Shown one piece after another: positions 26,901 to 40,249 of a DNA stretch of 64,000 nucleotides. This DNA comes from Trichoplax adhaerens. Taxonomy: Eukaryota; Animalia; Placozoa. The number at the start of each line of letters is the position of its first letter. The stretch's first letter is position 1. The stretch spans positions 340,581 to 404,580 of the forward strand of contig NW_002060966.1 of assembly GCF_000150275.1 (NCBI RefSeq), read 5' to 3'. Both the position numbers and the translations under genes were made by a program. Below the pieces are notes generated by a model that was not told the origin of the DNA, searched no databases, and worked only from the letters and a program-made list of their open reading frames with translations.

Positions 26901-29339
26901 TATTTTTGAAATTTAATAATGTTTTACGCGTATTTGCAACGTTAGCTTAACCAACAAATGAGCCAGCGAAAAGTTTTCCAAAACTTTATAGAAGGTCCAA
27001 TAAAATTCATTCCAACATATAAGTATGACCCTGGTACTAATAATTGGGATACAAGGTGAACCACGTACACTTTATTTGTTATAGCTAACCGAGCCGAAAC
27101 AGTTATTTACTGTTTTTACTTAATAAAAATATTTACAGTGAAAAGTGTCGAGCTCCTGCTTGGTGCGATCGCATTTTATGGAAAGCTACAAACGTTCTCT
27201 TTGTCGATTATCGCAGTCATCCGTCTTTGAAATGTAGCGATCATAAGCCAGTGTCTGCAAGTTTTAACGTATTTGTTAGTAAACTATGATATTAGCTCGT
27301 TTCTTATATGCACGTAACTAGAATTAGTGTTTCTGTAGATATTGAGTTTGCATACCTGCCCTATTATCTAGATTAAAGTCATTAATAAAGAAAAGCAGCA
27401 AGAAATCCTACATGATGTTATTCGAGATTTAGATAAAAATGAAAATGAACATTTACCTCAGATTTCGCTTAGCCAACAAGAAGTAAATATACGATCACGT
27501 ACTCATTGAACTCTTATGTAAGGTGATAGGTTCGTTCATAATTAATTTTTCGTAATTCCCTTTTACCACTTTCAGTTCAATTTCGGCGATATAAAATATA
27601 ATGTCTCAAAGACTGAAACGTTGAATGTTGTCAACACTGGAAAGGTAATAATACTGACCACCATAGCTTATTAGTTCGTAATTTTTTTTATAGCAGAAAC
27701 TTAATTAGTGGTTACGAACCGTATATTAATCAATTGCCAAAGTTTTTTAACACCTGTATGCGATTATATAGATTCCTATAAGGTACTCTTTTAACCCTAA
27801 GCCTGGCGAGTCAAACCATTGCAAACCATGGTTAGAAATTAAGCCTGCATCTGGAAACATCATGAAAGGTAATCTAGATATTTAATGGCATTAAATAAGG
27901 CATTCCCTAACTTGTCCATTTTATGAGCGATATCGGTTTTAAAATGTAGGTAAATCGGCCGAAATAAGTTTGATCATGAAAGTAACTAGTGAAACTGCCA
28001 CAAAGTTAAATACTGGTGAAGATAAATTAGAAGACATTTTGATTTTACACCTCGACGACGGAAAAGAGCATTTTGTATGTATTGTACTACGATTGTCTTT
28101 CTAGGCAATTTGATGTTACGATCTAAAAGTATTCATTCTAAATTAGGTATCCATTACGGGTAACTATCTACCTAGTTGTTTTGGTGTTGCAATTGAGACA
28201 TTAGTGTACATACCTGGCGGTATACGCGAGATTCCTATAAGTGACTTATTGGATTCGGTAAGTGGGTATCATTTTTAAATTATATAAAAATCCTTAATAA
28301 TATTTTGTACTATATTTCTTCCTTAAAATTCGAAAGCCTGATGGGAAGACGGTAGATAAACTTAATACAAAGCAAATGTTTGAAAAGATTGCTCATCCAG
28401 ACAGAAATGTAACTCCATTAGAAATTCCTAAAGAATTATGGCTACTGATGGATTATTTAAATGTGTATTGCACGGAAAAAGTAAGGCTATTAACGGTGCA
28501 ACATAGGCAATTATTTGTATCCGTAAATTTAGATTGTATTGTATCTAAGTTATTTTTACTGATAAAAACACATTTACATAGGAAGGAATATTTACCGAAA
28601 CGGGTTTAGAAACTGAAATGATGCATGTTCGTGATGCAATGGATACTCTTTCGTTTCCTCAAGATGAAAGTATCCATTTCTCAAACTCGGCAACTTGCAT
28701 ATTTGTTAAAATTCGATCCAGTTGTAATGTTATTATCGTAATTGTAATATGATGTTATGTAGAATCCTTTACATTACGAAAGAATTTAGCGCATTTTCAG
28801 TAGCAAATTGCTTGCTCGAATTCCTGGATGCATTTCCACAGCCGGTGATCCCACATTCCTTCTTTCAGAAATGCATAGATAACTGTAACAACTTTATAGC
28901 ATGTAAACAGGTAGTAGCCGCAATTCAAATCGAACTCTAACAACTGTTTAAATATTAGACTATCGTTTTAATGTACCGAATACGTAATTCTTGCAGATAC
29001 TACAACAAATACCCACAAGTCATCGTAATACCTTTAAATACGTATGTGCCTTCTTGCGCAAGTTGCTATTGAAAATAGGCAAGAATAAGCTTGATGCCAA
29101 AACTTTAGGTACTAATACCGACAAGGTTTATTTTGACTGCCTATTTGTGAATTACGAATGCATCTTCTGATATATATATCATACTAAAATATTCGCATTT
29201 TATAGCAACGATATTCGGTGAAATTTTATTAAAACCTATTATAAGAAAGAAACAAATCTCAAGTAGGGCGTTAGAACAAATGAAGAGAAGGAGAGTAGTA
29301 TTTGTGTGCCAATTTTTGACTCACGAATACGATGAATGA
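23902..29339 (+). CDS. OCRL: OCRL/INPP5B-type inositol polyphosphate 5-phosphatase (PH - 5-phosphatase - ASH - RhoGAP-like), multi-exon; start codon uncertain
   Basis: Spliced motifs: TWNVNG..DIIAIG|FQELDLS (25552-25960), GTGIMGMM|[28 protein letters not shown] (~26650), [23 protein letters not shown] (~27150-27250), [15 protein letters not shown] (ASH), [12 protein letters not shown] (RhoGAP-like). Stop TGA at 29337-29339 after FLTHEYDE. Confidence 0.9.
28670..28782 (+). other. Probable U12-type (minor spliceosome) GT-AG intron in OCRL
   Basis: Donor GTATCCATTT; branch-like TCCTTTAC at 28765-28772; the in-frame acceptor (AG 28781-28782) has no polypyrimidine tract. Confidence 0.7.
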
Positions 29340-30868
29340 AAACATTTCTAAAATATTGTTTATATTATGCGTGTAACATTTATCCATTTTTGACTAAATA
29401 TTGTCTTGAAATATAAATCCCTTGTATAGTAGTTTACAGTATGCTAATACATTACTTGGTCGTGAAAATTTAAGATGTATTCAGGCTCCGATTCATCAGT
29501 TACTCAAAGGTTTCGATAAAAACTTGGTGTAGTGTTTTAATATTACCTATCCTAAAAATTATTTTTACCATTCTTTACAAATTTGACTGATGAGTTGTTA
29601 TTCATTTTATATTTTCCCGTACTATTGCAAATCGCAGTGACAGATGCATATTTGAAATTACTTCGATAGTGTTCCTGTTATTTACGGTTCATAAGTGTAA
29701 ACCTTTTCACATGGTAAATACCTCAGACCTTTCTCTGTTTAAAGCTTAGTACTAAATTAGTCAATCAGCTTATTTCACCGGATTTTTGCACCTAAGATAA
29801 TTATACTGTTTTATTAATTAATTATGCTAAGAGCTGTACTACTTTCTTGACATCATTTCGTTTATACAGTATATGGAATTATAATTTATGTGAGTAGTTA
29901 AGGTTAAATAATTTAAATTAGTGATTACTAGCTCAGAAAGATATTACTATAGTTATGCTAATCGCGCAAGTATGAAAATGATCTTGTCGTAATCCGTTTT
30001 TAATTAATCCTGTTTAGTTCCTTTGTGTTTATCTGAGAGATGAGCCTGTTAACATTGTACATTTGGTACTAATGCCAACGTTATTTGACATTATGTCGTA
30101 GTTTTTCTTATTGCCATTGCTAAAATACTACAGTAGCTTTTAATTAGTCGAGATAAGTATATTATTAAAAACTGTGTACAAACTAAATAGTAGCGGTAAT
30201 TTAGTCTGGAGGTGTTGTTCTTAAGAGCACGGACAACCCAATAAACATGTGGGGTTATATTTGTAAGGAATAAATGATGACAGGTTTTTCATGGTTGCAA
30301 TGAAAATATTGTAGCGGTAATAGTTAGCAAGGTCTTGTAGCTTAGTCAACTTGTTTTATTTCCTTTATATGCTTGTGCTGATAACGTTAGTAATGAATGC
30401 GTAGAATAAACTTCTATTTTTCTAATTTTGATCTGATTATAGGGATAAATGTATCATTAGTCACTCAAATGTAACTAACAAGAGTTGCCGTTGGAGTGGG
30501 TTGTCATAGCACGAACCACAGTGAAGAGTAAATAACTAAATTTAGTGGTTAGCATTTATTTATGGAAATAACTAATAATGACTTACAGTAAGAACTACAG
30601 TAGTTATCATTTTGTTAAAGTAAATTGTGCTTTTCTGTAGTTGGAGTTCACATACGGTAACCAATGTTAATTGATTATAGCGTTATGTCTTGTAACGCTT
30701 GTGATAATATCCTGAAGATATTCAGTTATAGATGATATTATAAATAATTCTGTGCATAGACATACTGTAATCTAATTATCTATAATCGTTCAGTAGATAT
30801 CTAAGATTATGAATAATTTTCCGTATTAATTTAGCTGTCCAATATGAACTAAATTTTATGAACTATTA

Positions 30869-31070
30869 TGACTCATGCATGATAGCAGCTGCCGAAGGGT
30901 ATATAAGCTATGTAGATAGTTAAATAAAAGAAGAGTTCTATAGTTGTTTAACGTAGAAGCAAAGGCGTTTATATTCTTGTGAGATAGTTAAGGGATACTG
31001 AATCCCGGAGACTATATTAATTTAGAGATTTGTTTTACGTTATCTTCGTCATGAAGCTGGTTTGTAACTA
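30869..31070 (+). repeat. Dispersed ~200-bp repeat, copy 1 (TGACTCA + TATA box)
   Basis: Aligns with 46300-46495 (tttaacgtagaa.caaaggcgt, agggatactgaat, aatttagagattt..tttacgttatc, aagctggtttgt). Confidence 0.75.
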
Positions 31071-31874
31071 TGCGTTTTGCAGTACGATCGATTTAATAAG
31101 GAACAAAAATGACAGCTGGAAAAACTATGAAATTTTATATATTCTACTTCTACACGATTGTTTGTTAGTTTTATATCGTTATGTTATCGATCATTATGGC
31201 TTAATATGACCAATTGAAAACAATACAGAATGTAATATTTACTTTATCCAACCACGAATTTTATTTTTCTTTTCCGAAAATAAAATATTACATATAAGAT
31301 CAGTCATATCTTGTTATTTATCATTAATTATGGTTTAAGTATATTAATAAAATAAACTGGCACTTATTGCAATCCTAATGGTAATAGCGGATAGTAGATC
31401 ATCAAATGTCGTAATTTTACTAAGTACCATAATTCCGACAAGTATTACCTTTCCCTGTAGATTTTAATTACGGAATTATAATAATGCTCTGTACTTCACA
31501 GTAGACCTAATCTTAGATCAACATATTCCATGTTTATACGAGATGGTTAAATAATTAGGTGTGAAAATTAAAAAACATTGGCAAATTGTTAATTTACAAT
31601 CATCAGTTAGTAAATACAGTTTTATTAACAATTTAACGGCGAATCTAATAGAATCGCTTTAAAAAATTTCGCTTCAACAGCAATCCAATAGCTATCGATA
31701 TTAAAATATAGAAGATAAACCTTGAATTGCTGCTATCATGATTACTATAAATGTAAATAGGGCTACTTTAATAAATAGGAATAGTTCCCTGTCACCAAAA
31801 CCTATCGTCATTGGTGTGTAAGTATCCTGCACTAAGTATAGGTAAAGTTACGAACCTGAACTACCTTATAGGCT

Positions 31875-32654
31875 TTAATAATATCTTAGATTATAATTAT
31901 AATTACTGGTTGCTGGCGTATATTTCCTTAAAAATAAAGATACTTCCCGATAGCTCTGGTTATAGAGTTGGCTAAAGATGTTTTTATTTTGGTAGCTGTA
32001 ATCACGAATATCAATAGTACGAATTTTCTTCCAATCAGGCATACGTTCAACATTTCTTGTTAACGCCGGATGGTATAAAACAGAACAGACATGGCTATAA
32101 CCTTGACGTTGTCCTAGACTTTGTAGCAATAATAGTAGCATTAAGCTAATACATTTACCGCGGTACTGTGAAGAAACACATGTACCATCGATATAAAGGA
32201 TATGATTAGGGTCATCATAGTCTTTCGCAGAGAAGTTTTCAAGCAATAGACGTGTTATATCCATGATAGGGGCAACCTTTTTTCCATACAAGTCCTCCAA
32301 GTCTGTACATACTTCAGCTATGGCTGTGCTAAATAAATAAGCTCCAGTAACACCGGCCACGTCCCCATCACTACTTTTAGCGACTATGGCAACATTATTT
32401 TTTACTGCTTCATTGAAGCGTGATAATGCTACAGGTTGATAATCTTCTTTACTTAAACTTATGGCTTTAAAAAACATGTTTTCTTGACTATAGGTATGAG
32501 CCAAAATTTCTGCAGCTTGTACAGTATCGGATGCTTCCATTAGTTGATATTTTATATCGTGTTTAGGATCGAAAATTTCCGTTAAATTCTCATCGTGAAA
32601 TGTTTTAGCTAATGAAAAGCACCATTGGACATGATTATGAGAATTAGCCGACAT
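31875..32654 (-). CDS. GNAT-family N-acyltransferase (AANAT-like), subfamily A, intronless, 259 aa
   Basis: First ATG at 32654 (the ORF track starts at an upstream TTG); YIDGTCVSSQYRGKCIS motif-A region; paralogous to 36243 and 39244. Confidence 0.85.
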   Translation of the reverse strand: MSANSHNHVQWCFSLAKTFHDENLTEIFDPKHDIKYQLMEASDTVQAAEILAHTYSQENMFFKAISLSKEDYQPVALSRFNEAVKNNVAIVAKSSDGDVAGVTGAYLFSTAIAEVCTDLEDLYGKKVAPIMDITRLLLENFSAKDYDDPNHILYIDGTCVSSQYRGKCISLMLLLLLQSLGQRQGYSHVCSVLYHPALTRNVERMPDWKKIRTIDIRDYSYQNKNIFSQLYNQSYREVSLFLRKYTPATSNYNYNLRYY

Positions 32655-32886
32655 CTTCAAATAAAGAGAGATGAGAAGAATATAATAATGCAGTCCAGCT
32701 AGTCAGAAATATTCAAATTTAAATTTCAGTTGATAACATACATATAATGTATATCATCCAGATGACTTAAGTACATCATTTATTATCGAGTAGTAAGTTG
32801 CTTATTGGGAAATTTGAACTTACTAACTCTATCGCGGACAAATAAAACGAACTTAAGAATAATAATTGATATGTTGAGATGGTTTT

Positions 32887-32894
32887 CACGTGAT
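32887..32894 (-). promoter_or_regulatory. E-box ATCACGTG, 233 bp upstream of ATG
   Basis: The same motif sits at a similar distance upstream of five other paralogues. Confidence 0.6.
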
Positions 32895-35800
32895 GTCTGG
32901 CTATGCCCCTTAGTTTATTATTCATTGTCTACTTTTCTTTAACTGGTATAGTGATTGAATGGCCAATATGAGAGACCTATAACCATATGTTTTAAATTTA
33001 ATGCATTTAATTTGTATAATTATGTTATAAGAGTATAATCGATTCTTTAAGATCTGTCTTGACGTAGGATTTGTGTGGATACAGTTTACAGATCTTGCAC
33101 TTTAATTTCTTAAATGATAAACTACTTTGCATTACCCAAGTAAATATTTTACGATTAGGCTGCATTTTATTCCTACTATTAATTGCGATAGAGTGCTTAC
33201 TCAGCATTACTAAGGTGTTGCTATTCTTATTATTGAAAGAAAGAAAAGTTTCTGTACATAAGAGATTGTCGTTATGAAGTAAAAAGTAGTTGTAGCCGTA
33301 GCTCTAGGTTTATGTTGATATAGCAAAGTTGTTCACATTCAACAAAATATCTTATAATATGTATATATAGTAATAGTGTAGTAATTACAATATTAGTACA
33401 GAAAGGCGTATGGAAGAGTACAGTAGCTTAAAATAATGGCAAGCGATTGAATATATTTACTAGATTAAAGAAGAAAAATATAGGTAAAGTTAAAATTATG
33501 TTACTTTACACGCCATTAATCTTTTCATTACTGATCGAATAGAAGAGGAATAGGCACTATTCTTATAAATATGGCCGATTGATTTCATGCAGTTTCAGAT
33601 CCCATTTTAATATTGATATCTACTGATAGAGCGCTAGCTTGCATTTATTTCATATCTAGATTATTTTTGTCCTCTGTGCAATGATCTCTCTCGCATGTAA
33701 AATTGGTCAATCTATTAGAAAGAAGAGTTCTGTGAGAAAGTTATTAGGTGCTTATGATTTTATGCTACCACATAGGACGATAGATATTCGAAATTAGTAC
33801 TTAAACTTTCTAGAAATATAATTTCTAATCATAATGATTGTCGAATTGGCATTATAATTAGCCACCAAGAATAACGATCGTAACCATAGTTATTTAAATT
33901 TAGTTTATTTAACTGATGCACGAAGTATACTCTTTATTCGTTAAATCTTTGTCAATTTCAACATTTGAATAGCATAGCTTATTGACCTTGCAATAATTAC
34001 AATTGGGTTAATTGTTGTCTTGAATGCCCTAGTAGACAATTTGGAGTTAAATAACTCGTTATTCTTACACATACTTAAAAAGACTTAATATACTCTTGGA
34101 GCTGTCATTATATTAAATGTGCACCAAAGAACGTATTAAGTTTTGTAATTTATAGTAATATTGAAGTAAATTTTTAAGGTACCGTATTAGTGAAGGTTAG
34201 AGATCTTGTTTATATCATATTTGGCCAGAATATGTTATATGTCATATTCCAAGAATACATTGATGAATTGCCATCTTTCAAGCTAGCAATAAACAAAATC
34301 AAGTAAACTCATCTTTAATAGCACTAATATTCAGTAACGTACAAAAGAGACTTTTTAGTAAACACGTATGCACATTGTAATAATGAAGTAATTTTAAGAG
34401 GTACTGCTTTCATGCTTCATTTTTGGCCACTAAATTTGATTTAAACTTGCGTATATTGCATTATGGACCTGAATCAGAGAATAAAAATCTAGGCTTTGCG
34501 ATTGTTTACTAATAGTATCCGTTGTTTATGATGTTATACTGAACTAATTTAAAGAGCTAGCATTCGTTTTTGTAAACATACTGATAAATTGATGTCGCCA
34601 ACGATGCCTACCTAATTAAAAGAACTACATATTAATTTGTGTCAAATATTGATTATGGAACTAGATTTCATATAATTTTCAATTATATAGTTCAAGGTTA
34701 AAATGTATCAATCTGACATATAGCGATGCATAGCAGATCGTCAAGCATAATTTTAGATAGTTAATAATTAAGATCTTAAAATTGTTAGAAGCGTATCAAT
34801 TATCCATTTGAAGGAACTTATAACTTAAAATGCTCGCAATTCTTTAATTTGAATCTTACGTATTACACAAGGCCAACTAGAGAGCTTTAATGAAGCCAAT
34901 TTGTCCACAATAGACAGCGAAGTATGCATTGTACAACATTTATGTCTGGTGGTTCACTCAATAACGTTTTGCGATAGATTAGTTATGACTAAAGATTGGA
35001 TCAATCGATAAGAGAGAACTTACTAGCTATTATGGAGGTTCATACATGATGCTTTCGTAGTAAGATAGGCTTTTCATTGCATTATTTTTGGAAAAAGACA
35101 GAAAATAACTTCTTTAACCGTTGCTGAAAAACAACTGAGCTGTTGCGGAAGTAGCGATAAAAATGAGATAGACAACACTAGCAATTACAAGCTATATATG
35201 AAATAGAAATCAATTATATTAACACCTTATTGTCGATCATATCGCACATAAGGCATATTCAGTAATTAGAACGTACCAAATAGACCCTGCCATAATAGCT
35301 CCCTGCTAAGCATGCATAGCTGTGGGTTATTTATACAATAAATTGAAACAATCTATGTCAACAGAATCTAGCCTATGTCGAGATAAACTATTTTAACGCC
35401 ATAATAACGAGTACTTCAACTTTCAATAAAGTCTAATGTTATATCTGTAATTGATTGCTCTACCTAATTTACAATTGAAGTATCGTAGGAAAATGGTCAT
35501 GATCGATAGTGTCAACATCATCTAGAAATAAATAGCTACCTTTTCGATCTTACAAAATAAAGTGCAACTTTGAATCACTGTTGCATAACGCAAAAATTGA
35601 AAGCTATTTTCGATTCTGTGCTCCTTGAGGCGAAAACTATCAACTGCATTGTCTATTTGATGGTTAATACTTTAATACAATCTAATATATAGCGATACTC
35701 TCCACACAGAAAAATAGAAACTGCTCATAATCGCTGTCCTGATATTGCTTTTGAAGACTTTCATAGTAAATAATTTTTAATTTGGAATGATTTAGTTTTT

Positions 35801-36242
35801 GGGTATGTTGGATTATATAACGGTAATGATCACAAAATCGCTAACTGAAGCAATCATGCTAACCAATTATTCTTGGCTGGTTTGGATGAAATACCGCTTA
35901 TTTAAGATACGGTCGTTCTTTTTTAAAGGGTTGTATAGCAATAATGATTTACAAGCCTTCTAAGCCATTTTTACAACATTTATTTTATAAAATATCTTAT
36001 AATACATGTATATACCATGCATCAGCAATCAATTGGGGTATCCTAGTTTAATTATTCATTCATAATATCAAAATTTCCTTACAAAATGCTTTATTGAATT
36101 CAGGTAACTTGTAGACAAACTCATCAGATATACATCTTGTATCAATCTTTTTCGATTCGATAAATATTTTGAACAAGAAAGTTGCTCGTTGTTTTACAAC
36201 CCTTCATAAAGGTTAATCTATAGTTACCATTCTTAGCTAGTG

Positions 36243-36992
36243 CTATATCTTACTTGGTATAAATTTCTTAATGAACAGAGTAACATCACGATAGCCTTGA
36301 TTATACAGTGGAGCAAATATTTTTTCATTTCGGTAGCTATAATTGTTAACATTGACACTAGAGATTTTCTTCCAACCAGGCATATGTTCTACGTTTCTTG
36401 CCAAAGCTGGATGATATGCGATAGAACATACATGAGTAAAACTGCGACGCTGACAGATACTCTGCAATAGTAACGATAGCATCAGGCTGATGCCCTTGCC
36501 ACGGTACTGAGATAAAGCACATGTATCATCTATATAAATGATACGACTGGGATCATCGTAATCTTTGACTGAAAAATTTTGAAACAAAATGCGACTCATA
36601 TCCATGATAGGGGCTACTTTTTTTCCATAGTACTCTTCCAAGTTTACCTTGACTTCAGCTATAGCTGTATCTACTAAGTAAGCTCCACTAGCGCCGACCA
36701 AAACTCCATCTCTAGTTTTAGCGACCATTCCCATATTATCTTCCATTGCCTGTTTATAGCTTAATAATGCGCTAGGTAGATAATCTGCTTTACTCACACC
36801 CATTAATTTGAAAAACATATTATCTTGGCTATAAGCTTGTGACATAATCTCTGCAGCTTGCTGGATGTCCCAAGGCTTCATCATTTGATATTTAATATCA
36901 TTTTTCGGATCGTAAATTTCCGTTAGATTCTCATCATGGAATTTTTTAGCTAGTGATAAACTCCATTGCACATTATCTTGATAGCCTGTCAT
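36243..36992 (-). CDS. GNAT-family N-acyltransferase, subfamily A, C-terminal SKI (PTS1-like)
   Basis: 249 aa; YIDDTCALSQYRGKGIS; ends IPSKI-stop. Confidence 0.88.
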   Translation of the reverse strand: MTGYQDNVQWSLSLAKKFHDENLTEIYDPKNDIKYQMMKPWDIQQAAEIMSQAYSQDNMFFKLMGVSKADYLPSALLSYKQAMEDNMGMVAKTRDGVLVGASGAYLVDTAIAEVKVNLEEYYGKKVAPIMDMSRILFQNFSVKDYDDPSRIIYIDDTCALSQYRGKGISLMLSLLLQSICQRRSFTHVCSIAYHPALARNVEHMPGWKKISSVNVNNYSYRNEKIFAPLYNQGYRDVTLFIKKFIPSKI

Positions 36993-37229
36993 AGTTCGAT
37001 AAGGATTATAAACGTATGATGATGGTATTCCGTTAGATAGGATTTATTCCTTGGTCGATAACGAATAAATTTTGATAATAATCTAATAGTTTGAACCCTC
37101 CATAAGATCAGTCAACAAGAAATTTAGTCAAAGCACACTTGTATTAGCATTAAGCAGTTTGGAAATTTATGCTGTTGGTACGTGATTGAATAATAATATA
37201 GAGATAATGATCGTTTACTTTGATAACAT

Positions 37230-37237
37230 CACGTGAT
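37230..37237 (-). promoter_or_regulatory. E-box ATCACGTG, 238 bp upstream of ATG
   Basis: Palindromic ATCACGTGAT. Confidence 0.6.
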
Positions 37238-39243
37238 TGACAATAGTTCCTATCGATCAAATTATACATAGTAACACTATTTGAGGGACGCGTTGGGCTC
37301 TCTATACTGGTTAAAAGCTGTTCAGCTTAGATGCAACCTTTAATTAGGTCTTAAAAATTTACAAGGCATTGACATTAAACTTGGCTCAAATTTCACATAA
37401 GCAGATCATTACAACCTTGAACAATTGGCTTTTAATGTTTTTATTAATTTTTACTGGAGTATTATTTTATAATATTTCTTTCAAATTTCTAATACAAACC
37501 AACAGTGACTGCTACACGTCGGTCAGTTCAATCAGTAGACAAGTACTAAGGTCTAATTATTGATGAGGCTACATGACTGATGTAGTAGATAAACTAAAAT
37601 TGCAGTTGGAATCAATAGATCTGACATATTTTGATAGATTACGAATAAAAGGCAACAATTTAGATGGAATACTATTTATCCTCTTCATTGTACAGATTGA
37701 ATTGACTAAAGGATCTTAAACTGATGATACATATATGAGTGATCTTCATGATTAGTTATGACTAACTGTCCGCCTCTGTTCATAATGAACGGTAAATGTT
37801 ATTAATAACTCTATCGTAGAACTATAATATCTAAGTGCTTGACACATAAAGCTTCTCAACAATTACTGTACTAGTGGTATAAAAAACTATCTATATAGGT
37901 TGACAATGAACTGGAATAGTGGCTGTGTAAATCCATTGATATACAGCTATGAAGTTATCTGTATCGAGCTGCTCTATATTTAGAGCTCTCCAACAACTGC
38001 TAGCGTTATATACTTGCGTATAGCTGTTTACATCTATATTGGTTTACAGTAAATGGAAATTGTCCTACTGTACCTGTTTCCGATCACTATGAATATGATA
38101 TTTGAATCTTCGCTTATTTTATTACTTAATGATATTTCGTAAATAGAAGAGATGGAGTAAATTAATGCATCATAAAGTAATCATAATTTAAAGTCCTATT
38201 CTACAAAATTTCTATGTAATAATGGTGATATCCAAGATTAGTATTAAAAGTGACTACGATTATAAGACTTTCATGAGTAGATAAAACATTTGTATTGATT
38301 GCAATAGTTATAATAAAATTGACCAAAGTGCATTGCTAGAATATTGTTTGAAAACAAGGCTGAAAAAGTATGTGGAGGTCTTGATTGCACCAATAATTAA
38401 AAATCGATTTCTTGGATCCATTAGTTGGCCATACATATACAGTATATTAATGCTAAAGCTTGCAACTAGTCTATTTTCTAAGAATATCAGAAATTTTCGT
38501 CTGATCTTGAGCACTACTATGGATAAAGATTTTCCCATCTTCATAGCTATAAAAATTAATATTCTTTTAAGAGCAGGAACTTTCTCAACATTCTCATATC
38601 TAGTATTTTGAATAAAAGTGATATATCGTAATGCAGTATGAACGAGTAGTATACGGATTAGCCTCTATATAAGCTTCCGCCTGGCTATGATATCATTTCA
38701 ATATCACGTTAATTTTACCTAGATAGACCTTGTTCAATCTTTTGTCAGCGATCAAAATAGTTGTTTGTACTCATTAGTGAACAGTATTTAATATGATTTA
38801 AGCTAGCAAAGGTCAAATACTTTCGTTCTGCTTTATTTTCATGATGAAAAAGTGAAAATAATCGATTTTTAGGTCCTTACCAAGAATAGCAATATTTATC
38901 TACTTGATGTTTATTTCAGTAAGCAATGCAGTATCTTATTGATTGCCAATGCTTTTATTCGTCATTCAATACAACCGAAAACAGAAAAGATATCTGCCTC
39001 TTTTATTTATATATATTTTCATGAAATAACTTTGACTATTGAATTTATGCATGTTAAATCGTTGTATAAATGAATTTAAAATTAGAAGGTGGTTTACCAC
39101 TGCCTGTATTACCACTCTATTAAAGGTCTATTATTGCAACTTTTCGTAATTATTTCTACTATATTTATTCTATTCTTGGAATAATCCCAGTAAGATTCGT
39201 CTTGCAATAGCTTTCGACCATAAATTTATTATTAAGACCAGTA

Positions 39244-39999
39244 TTACAGTTTGCTAGAGGTGAAATTGCTTAGAACCAACGAAATTTCACGATAACCTTC
39301 TTCATACAGCTGGCTGAAGATCTTTTTATTCTGATACGTATAGTCACGGATATCAAGGATAGAAACCGTCTTCCACATTTGCATTTGACTTACTGATCTT
39401 GCCATTGCAGGATGATAGGAAATGGAACAAACCTGGTTTATACCGCGACGTTGGATTAAGCTTTGAAGAATTAACGAATTCATGATACCTATACCTTTAC
39501 CGTGATATCCAGACGAAACACATACATCATCGATATAGTAGATCTGATTATATTTACCATATTTTTTAGGAGGAAAATTTTTAAATAAAGTGTGGCTCAC
39601 ATCTACAATAGGAGCAATTTTCTTTCCATATATTTTTTCCAGATCGAGACCAAGATCGAATAATGCCGATGACAATAAATATGCAGCACCTGCGCCCACT
39701 ATTTTCCCTTCGTTAGTCGTAGAAATTAGCCCTATACCTTCTTCCAATGCTGTCTTAAATACTTCAATTGCAGTAGGTAGATAGTCTTCTTTGGTTATGT
39801 CCAATACTTGAAACATCCTGTTATTCTCAGCGTAACATTGTGCACAAATATCTGCAGCTTTTTCAATGTCCCATGGCTTAATTAAGCGATACTTAATATT
39901 ATTTTTACTATCGAAAATTTCAGTTAAATTATCTTGATGAAACTTTTTACCCAACGATAAACACCACTGGACGTTATTGTGATAGCTCATCGTATTCAT
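39244..39999 (-). CDS. GNAT-family N-acyltransferase, subfamily A, C-terminal SKL (PTS1)
   Basis: 251 aa; YIDDVCVSSGYHGKGIG; ends TSSKL-stop. Confidence 0.88.
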   Translation of the reverse strand: MNTMSYHNNVQWCLSLGKKFHQDNLTEIFDSKNNIKYRLIKPWDIEKAADICAQCYAENNRMFQVLDITKEDYLPTAIEVFKTALEEGIGLISTTNEGKIVGAGAAYLLSSALFDLGLDLEKIYGKKIAPIVDVSHTLFKNFPPKKYGKYNQIYYIDDVCVSSGYHGKGIGIMNSLILQSLIQRRGINQVCSISYHPAMARSVSQMQMWKTVSILDIRDYTYQNKKIFSQLYEEGYREISLVLSNFTSSKL

Positions 40000-40241
40000 T
40001 AATGTTCAAGGGTAATATAAGGAGAAAATTTCAGTATTATTTCAGCTGATGAAGGGTAGAACTTTAGACGAGAACCGGTAGGAATGGATTGAATGATTCA
40101 ATTATGAAAAGAATCAAATCAATCAAATTAGCCAGTTGTAACCAAAGAGGATTGTGTAATTTATCCCAAACGTTTTGGTTTACTCTGTCAATTAATACGG
40201 GTAATTAATTTAGTCTTTCTGGATAATGGGCACGCCATCAT

Positions 40242-40249
40242 CACGTGAT
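40242..40249 (-). promoter_or_regulatory. E-box ATCACGTG, 243 bp upstream of ATG
   Basis: Palindromic ATCACGTGAT. Confidence 0.6.

Noticed and set aside
38308-38611. Short ORFs in intergenic regions and antisense to GNAT genes (also 33025-33277, 39590, 48942, 54141-54918)
   Set aside because: No recognisable motifs, often non-ATG starts; most likely shadow or chance ORFs.
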